From NCBI GenBank assembly GCA_036676335.1, contig JAKFDD010000012.1, positions 278,726-342,725 on the forward strand: a DNA stretch of 64,000 nucleotides, written 5' to 3'. This document shows, piece by piece, positions 59,355-64,000 of the stretch. Made by a program: the position numbers and the translations under genes. The stretch's first letter is position 1, and each line of letters begins with the position of its first letter. Origin of the DNA: Arenimonas sp. Its GTDB lineage: Bacteria > Pseudomonadota > Gammaproteobacteria > Xanthomonadales > Xanthomonadaceae. A model generated the notes under the pieces. It was not told where the DNA came from and searched no databases. It worked only from the letters and a program-made list of their open reading frames with translations.

Positions 59355-60451
59355 GGTGTCTCCGTATTTGCTGTAAACAGATCGGCGCCTTTATCGCCGA
59401 CCAAAACCAATTGACCATCGCTTGAACTTGCTGCCGCAGCAAACACCGGCTCCTCGCCTGCTTTTGTTTGCACGACACTCGCAGTAAATGCGGAAGCCGC
59501 ATCGTTTCTGCGCAACACTACCCCGTTCGCACCAACCAGCACTGCGCCGCCGTTCAGCAGATCAACACCACCCATCAATGTAGCGTTGCTGCCGGATTGC
59601 AGCTTGTTCCAGCTGTCGCCACGATCCGTCGACTCGTAAATATTGCCGCGTAACCCGTAAGCCAAAATATTATTGTCGTTCCAGGACATGACACCGAACA
59701 TCGAACCTTTGTACGGGAAGGACAACTTGTTCCAGGTCGCGCCTTTATCACTCGAACGGTAAACAGTGCCGCGCTCACCCACTAACACCAGAGTGCCATC
59801 GGTCAATTGGGTTATCGCATTGAAGTGCGGATCGGTTTCCTCACCCAGTGCCAAATCTGCTTCGTTAAAGGTGCCACTTTCACTCGCAACCGGGGCCGCC
59901 GTGGGCGCAGTCGCTGCAACATTAATTCTGCGCGGCGTCCATGTAGTGCCGCCATCCTGCGTCTCCAGCATCAGGCTATAGGCACCGATGGCGAATCCGT
60001 GCTTTACATCGGTAAACAACATATCCAGGATAGGTGCACCTTGAGCAGGATTGTCGGAACCAGAAACAAAAATATCGATACGCTGCCGCGACCAGGTTTT
60101 TCCGCCGTCGCTGGAAGCAATAATCAATCCATCATGGCCACCGGCCCAAAGCTTCTGATCGATGGCCACGATGCTCGTCAATGTGGAACGCGTAGGAATA
60201 TTGCTGATTTGCGTCCAGGACTTTCCATCAAGAGACGTCAGCACATGGCCGCGCTCGCCGACAGCAAAATACCCGGCATTGGTTTGTGTAATATCCAGCA
60301 ATAACGCCTTGGCAGCCAAAGCCTTGGTTTCTGCCGTTAGCTCGGCAGGATCGGTTGATGTCTGCCCTGCTGTTTGCGCAAACAGCGGCAAGGTCATCGC
60401 CAATAGAAAAGTAATGAGATAACGCTTACTCGAAGAATGCGAATTCGACAT
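59351..60451 (-). CDS. Secreted BNR/Ycf48-like beta-propeller protein
   Basis: Signal peptide and repeated S.DGG.TW / S.D.G.TW motifs: SLDGKSWT, SSDGGKTWS, TQDGGTTWT, SSDKGATWN, STDRGDSWN. Confidence 0.8.
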   Translation of the reverse strand: MSNSHSSSKRYLITFLLAMTLPLFAQTAGQTSTDPAELTAETKALAAKALLLDITQTNAGYFAVGERGHVLTSLDGKSWTQISNIPTRSTLTSIVAIDQKLWAGGHDGLIIASSDGGKTWSRQRIDIFVSGSDNPAQGAPILDMLFTDVKHGFAIGAYSLMLETQDGGTTWTPRRINVAATAPTAAPVASESGTFNEADLALGEETDPHFNAITQLTDGTLVLVGERGTVYRSSDKGATWNKLSFPYKGSMFGVMSWNDNNILAYGLRGNIYESTDRGDSWNKLQSGSNATLMGGVDLLNGGAVLVGANGVVLRRNDAASAFTASVVQTKAGEEPVFAAAASSSDGQLVLVGDKGADLFTANTETP

Positions 60452-60486
60452 GATGGTCCCTTAGCGTTTTTTTGAAGCCCCAAAGC

Positions 60487-60510
60487 AGCCGCGCCCTTAC
60501 GGGCGCGGCT
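60487..60510 (-). other. GC-rich intra-operon hairpin between the DUF1329 and BNR genes
   Basis: AGCCGCGCCC-GUAA-GGGCGCGGCU on the minus strand (10-bp stem), followed by GCUUUGGGG rather than a clean U-run. Confidence 0.6.
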
Positions 60511-60524
60511 TTCAGAACAATCGC

Positions 60525-61889
60525 TTAGCGTACGCCGCTACTGCGTAGTTCTTGTGGCGAGAAGTTCGCCGGCGAGGTTTGATAACTGAAGTCAAATGGT
60601 TTTTCTTGATTATCCAGCAAGCCGGAAATGTAACGGCCGGATTTCAAATCATGATGGGTTTCAATGGTTGACCAGAAGGTAGGTACTTCGTAGTAGTTAA
60701 TCGAAGGAGCTTCGGAATAACGCCACATATTACCTTGACCGTCATAGTGGTCGGTAACCAGGATTTGATAGCTGTCTTCATCGAGATAGAAAGTACGACG
60801 GCTGTTGATATGACGCTTGCCGGCTTTCAGTTTCGCATCTACAACCCATACGCGATGTAATTCATAGCGCAGATAATCCGGGTTCAAATGGTTGGGACGA
60901 ATCAAATCCTTGACCTTGGTGTTGCCGCTGTGAGCCTTGTAGGAGTTATAAGGCACCAACATTTCTTTTTTGCCTTCCAAAGTCCAGGTAAAACGATCCA
61001 TCGCACCATTGAACATGTCAGTCATGTCATTGGTACGCAAACCGTCGGTTGCGGTACCGGGATTATCGTAAGCAACGTTTGGCGCCAAACGGACACGTCG
61101 TTGACCAGGGTTATAAATCCAGGCTTTGCGTGGTTGTGCTGCAGCGTTCAACGATTCATGCACCAGCAATACCTGACCAGCCAAACGAGGCGGGCTCAAT
61201 ACTTCTTGCTTGAAGTAAATCAGGATGTTGTTGATGTTTTCGGAAGTATTGCCTGGCTTGTAGTAAAGACCGAGCAATTCTTCTTTCAAACGCACCATTT
61301 GGTAGGCACCCGAAGACGAAGGAGCCGCCTGATTCGCAAAACGCACACCGGAAATACCTTTGTATTTCAGCTTGTGATTCCAGATGACTTCATATGCGTT
61401 GCTAGGAACGGGGAAGGGAAAACCTTCTGCGCAATTCTGGATACCTTCGCCATTTGCAACCAATTTACATTGAGTCGCATTTTTCTTGGTGAAGTCATAC
61501 GTACGTTGCGGAAAAGCCGCGCTACGACGGGTTGGGTACACGATCATTTTAAAGGTCGGATACTTCTTGAACATGGCCTGCTGGCCCACGGTCAACTGCG
61601 TCGCATAGTTGGTGTAATTGGCCGGCGTAATCGTAAAGCGTGGTTTGTCGGCTGCATAAGGATCGGGATGGAACATCCCGGCCCTGTAACTCGCCAATGG
61701 ACGCGTAATGCCGCCTTCCCAAGCCGGGATGGTGCCATCGTCGTTACCGGCTTTTTCCGAGCCCATAGGTGTCAATTTGCCACCTAGTTGCGCTGCCTTG
61801 TCTGCACTAACAGCTGCCTGTGCAGTACCGATTGAGAATACCGCTGCACTGGCAATAACGGCTAGTGCGGTCTTATTGAATAATTTCAT
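60525..61889 (-). CDS. DUF1329 family periplasmic protein (LolA-like fold family)
   Basis: Signal peptide MKLFNKTALAVIASAAVFSIGTAQA. Family-typical segments (GTIPAWEGG, YPTRR, WNH, YELHRVWVV). Sits beside a DUF1302 gene. Confidence 0.8.
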   Translation of the reverse strand: MKLFNKTALAVIASAAVFSIGTAQAAVSADKAAQLGGKLTPMGSEKAGNDDGTIPAWEGGITRPLASYRAGMFHPDPYAADKPRFTITPANYTNYATQLTVGQQAMFKKYPTFKMIVYPTRRSAAFPQRTYDFTKKNATQCKLVANGEGIQNCAEGFPFPVPSNAYEVIWNHKLKYKGISGVRFANQAAPSSSGAYQMVRLKEELLGLYYKPGNTSENINNILIYFKQEVLSPPRLAGQVLLVHESLNAAAQPRKAWIYNPGQRRVRLAPNVAYDNPGTATDGLRTNDMTDMFNGAMDRFTWTLEGKKEMLVPYNSYKAHSGNTKVKDLIRPNHLNPDYLRYELHRVWVVDAKLKAGKRHINSRRTFYLDEDSYQILVTDHYDGQGNMWRYSEAPSINYYEVPTFWSTIETHHDLKSGRYISGLLDNQEKPFDFSYQTSPANFSPQELRSSGVR

Positions 61890-61910
61890 TCGATGCCCTC
61901 CCTATATGGC

Positions 61911-64000
61911 TTAGAACGAATACTTGACACTGAAAGATGCGAAATCGCGGTCGTGGATTTGATTCAAGACACCGCCTTGATTGATAGTAGGATCAGAAGC
62001 ATCGCAGGTATTAACGTTTCCGGAAAATTCAACAGCACAACGTCTAAATGGTTTGTCTGCACCGTAGAAACGAGTCCAGCTTAAATCAAATACGAGTTTA
62101 TTGAGGTAATTCGCCTCAACACCGATCGTGTAGGACTTACGGCCTTCCAGGAAGTTACCGCCTGGGCCCGGGCTAATGCCATTTACGTCATGGCTGAAAG
62201 CAATACGGGGAGAAACCGTGAGCGGTGTACCCATGAAACTGTTGTAATCCGCACGCGCTGCCAAACGGTAACCCCAGGAGAATGGAGTCGGGAAACCATC
62301 GGTGGTCGTGTACGGGTTGCGCAAGGCGCCGATATTGGCCGGATTATTCAGTGCAGCCATCAGTGCAAAGAATTGCGGGCTGGCTGGAACTGGAGCCGCA
62401 TTCCACGCACTAATTGCAGCCAACAAATCGGCACCCAGCGATACGCCGCCACCGGTATCGGTACCTTCACCTTCATAACGGAGCACGGAAGGATCTTCCA
62501 TATCCCATACTTGGGTTGCGCCGACTTCACCAACCAATGCGATCTGGTCAGCGCCTAAGGCTTGGCCGAATGCTTTGGTAAAGGTCATTTGTAATTGGCT
62601 AACTTCCTTCTCTTTCCAGCCTTTGACTTCTTGATTCGAGGAAAAATTTCCTAGCTGGCTGGCGAAACGGAAGGCGTATGGCGAATTGCCTGGCGCAGGG
62701 AACAGGGCTGGATTTCCGAATAACGCATTCAGCGGGGTCAAAGCGGCGAACAAGAGCTCGACATCGTCCACTTGCAATGGCTGATTTGGTCGATAGCTGA
62801 TTTCGCCTTGCCATGCGATACCACCAGGTAAAGTGGTATTGAAGCTCATGCCATACAGTTGGATATCTTCCGGGTATTCCACAAAATACGAAGCGTTAGG
62901 GCCCGGAGCCTGGAAGTTCGGACCCGGAGTCAGGAACCCGGCCACGTTGACAGCTCTACCGGACAGCAATGGCAGGCGGCTGTGATAGTTCATTGCATAG
63001 AACGCAAAGTCGGTTTGATTCAAACCTTCGGCAAACCAGCGTACCGCACCACCAAATTGACCGCTGTCGCTGGTTTTGCGATCAGGGCCGCGTGGCACTG
63101 CATTGCGGCATGCAGATGTAAGAATCGCGCCCGCAGTCGGGGCGCCATATGTCGCTGACAGCCCTGGGAAAAGGTCGCTGTTTGCCACACTGCCGCCTGG
63201 GGCACAGGTAGCGCCGTATAACTCGGGGTTGCCCACTGGCTGAGGTGCGATACCAAAGCCCAACATGACGTAAGTGCCGCCGTTGGTGGCGAAATCGTTT
63301 TGACTGAAATAGGTGCCAGCCGGATCGGCTTCGGTTTGCTCAAACTCGGTCAAATAAAAGCCTTCTACAGACAGATTGTCCGTGATACCGAACGAAGCCC
63401 AGAGTGCGTCCACAGGAAGGAAGGCTTCCTTCAGCTCTGCGCCGGCAACACGCAATTTCGAGACATCGATTGGGTTAATGACGTTGATACCGCCCTGGAT
63501 AAAGGTACTTTCGCCCCAGCTGATCACTTGGCGGCCTACGCGTGCACTTAACTTGTGATCGCCCAGATCAAAGTTGCCGTAAATGAAAGCATCAAGCAGA
63601 CGGAAATCCTTACCTACTTTTTCCTTGGCGGCTGCCGACAATTCTTCACGATCAACGTTTTCCATATCGTAGAAGTAACTGGCGCGCATGAACGCACCGA
63701 AATTTTTGTATTTCAAATCCAGTTCGGATGTGATTTTGAATGCTTGCGAAATCGCATCGCCCTGATCGTAGAGCATATTTCCGTCATCGCGATTGACCGA
63801 AAAACGTCCTGGCTGGGTCAATTGAACGATAGAACCGGGGAAAGAGCCGAGCGGGGCAAAACCGGTGATTGTCTGGTTAGCGCCGCCAATGAGAGGGTTG
63901 AAATTTGCCTTGCCGATCAGGTTTGGATCCTGGTCTTGAGTGCGCCAGGAATAACCCAACGATACTGTTGTATCGAAACTTCCGGTTAACTCACCTTTTT
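61911..64000 (-). CDS. DUF1302 family outer-membrane protein (5' end outside the window)
   Basis: The reading frame stays open to the window edge (KGELTGSFDTTVSLGYSWRT...); the track TTG start is an artefact. The C-terminus ...FSVKYSF ends in an aromatic residue, like OM beta-barrels. Confidence 0.8.
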   Translation of the reverse strand, partial: KGELTGSFDTTVSLGYSWRTQDQDPNLIGKANFNPLIGGANQTITGFAPLGSFPGSIVQLTQPGRFSVNRDDGNMLYDQGDAISQAFKITSELDLKYKNFGAFMRASYFYDMENVDREELSAAAKEKVGKDFRLLDAFIYGNFDLGDHKLSARVGRQVISWGESTFIQGGINVINPIDVSKLRVAGAELKEAFLPVDALWASFGITDNLSVEGFYLTEFEQTEADPAGTYFSQNDFATNGGTYVMLGFGIAPQPVGNPELYGATCAPGGSVANSDLFPGLSATYGAPTAGAILTSACRNAVPRGPDRKTSDSGQFGGAVRWFAEGLNQTDFAFYAMNYHSRLPLLSGRAVNVAGFLTPGPNFQAPGPNASYFVEYPEDIQLYGMSFNTTLPGGIAWQGEISYRPNQPLQVDDVELLFAALTPLNALFGNPALFPAPGNSPYAFRFASQLGNFSSNQEVKGWKEKEVSQLQMTFTKAFGQALGADQIALVGEVGATQVWDMEDPSVLRYEGEGTDTGGGVSLGADLLAAISAWNAAPVPASPQFFALMAALNNPANIGALRNPYTTTDGFPTPFSWGYRLAARADYNSFMGTPLTVSPRIAFSHDVNGISPGPGGNFLEGRKSYTIGVEANYLNKLVFDLSWTRFYGADKPFRRCAVEFSGNVNTCDASDPTINQGGVLNQIHDRDFASFSVKYSF

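Noticed and set aside
1-64000. CRISPR arrays, tRNA or rRNA genes, IS elements, and toxin-antitoxin or phage-defence cassettes.
   Set aside because: Every interval longer than about 190 nt is occupied by a recognisable gene or by 6S RNA. I found no spaced direct repeats, cloverleaf-like sequences or transposase-like ORFs on reading both strands.

Overview
This 64-kb window is almost fully coding and mostly core chromosome. The xps-type T2SS gene order (E-F-G-H-I-J-K-L-M-N-D) and a Clp protein very close to Xanthomonas Clp suggest a Xanthomonadales/Nevskiales-like gammaproteobacterium of moderate GC; this is inference. I saw no rRNA, tRNA, CRISPR array, IS element, prophage or recognisable defence/toxin-antitoxin module.

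Content in order:
- AIM24-family gene, isoaspartyl peptidase, and an OmpR-type two-component pair.
- A 15.4-kb minus-strand block: a complete xps-type T2SS operon that continues with no real gap into wzm-wzt, GT2, methyltransferase and GT2.
- purL, dsbC, xerD, lptGF, pepA-holC, pepP-ygfB.
- A PAS-GGDEF-EAL protein, then zapA, 6S RNA and the 5-formyl-THF cyclo-ligase gene.
- rpiA, a cNMP-binding/rhodanese fusion, and rplM-rpsI.
- A GlcF-like Fe-S protein coupled to coq7, then speD, clp and trpEG-D-(ABM)-C.
- rpe, purC, and a DUF1302-DUF1329-BNR/Ycf48-RND envelope cluster that runs off the 3' edge.

Most second-look-worthy observations:
1. The T2SS operon is translationally coupled to an O-polysaccharide-type ABC export and glycosyltransferase module.
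2. GspI and GspJ carry homologous, unusually long leader extensions built from a repeated 24-nt module.
3. A CHASE4-HAMP sensor next to clp has a degenerate kinase core.
4. The uncharacterised DUF1302/DUF1329/BNR/RND apparatus.
5. An orphan GlcF-like CCG Fe-S protein overlaps coq7 by ATGA.

The ORF track uses TTG/GTG starts, so several gene starts were re-placed by reading the DNA. All functional calls come from motif and family recognition by eye, not from database searches.
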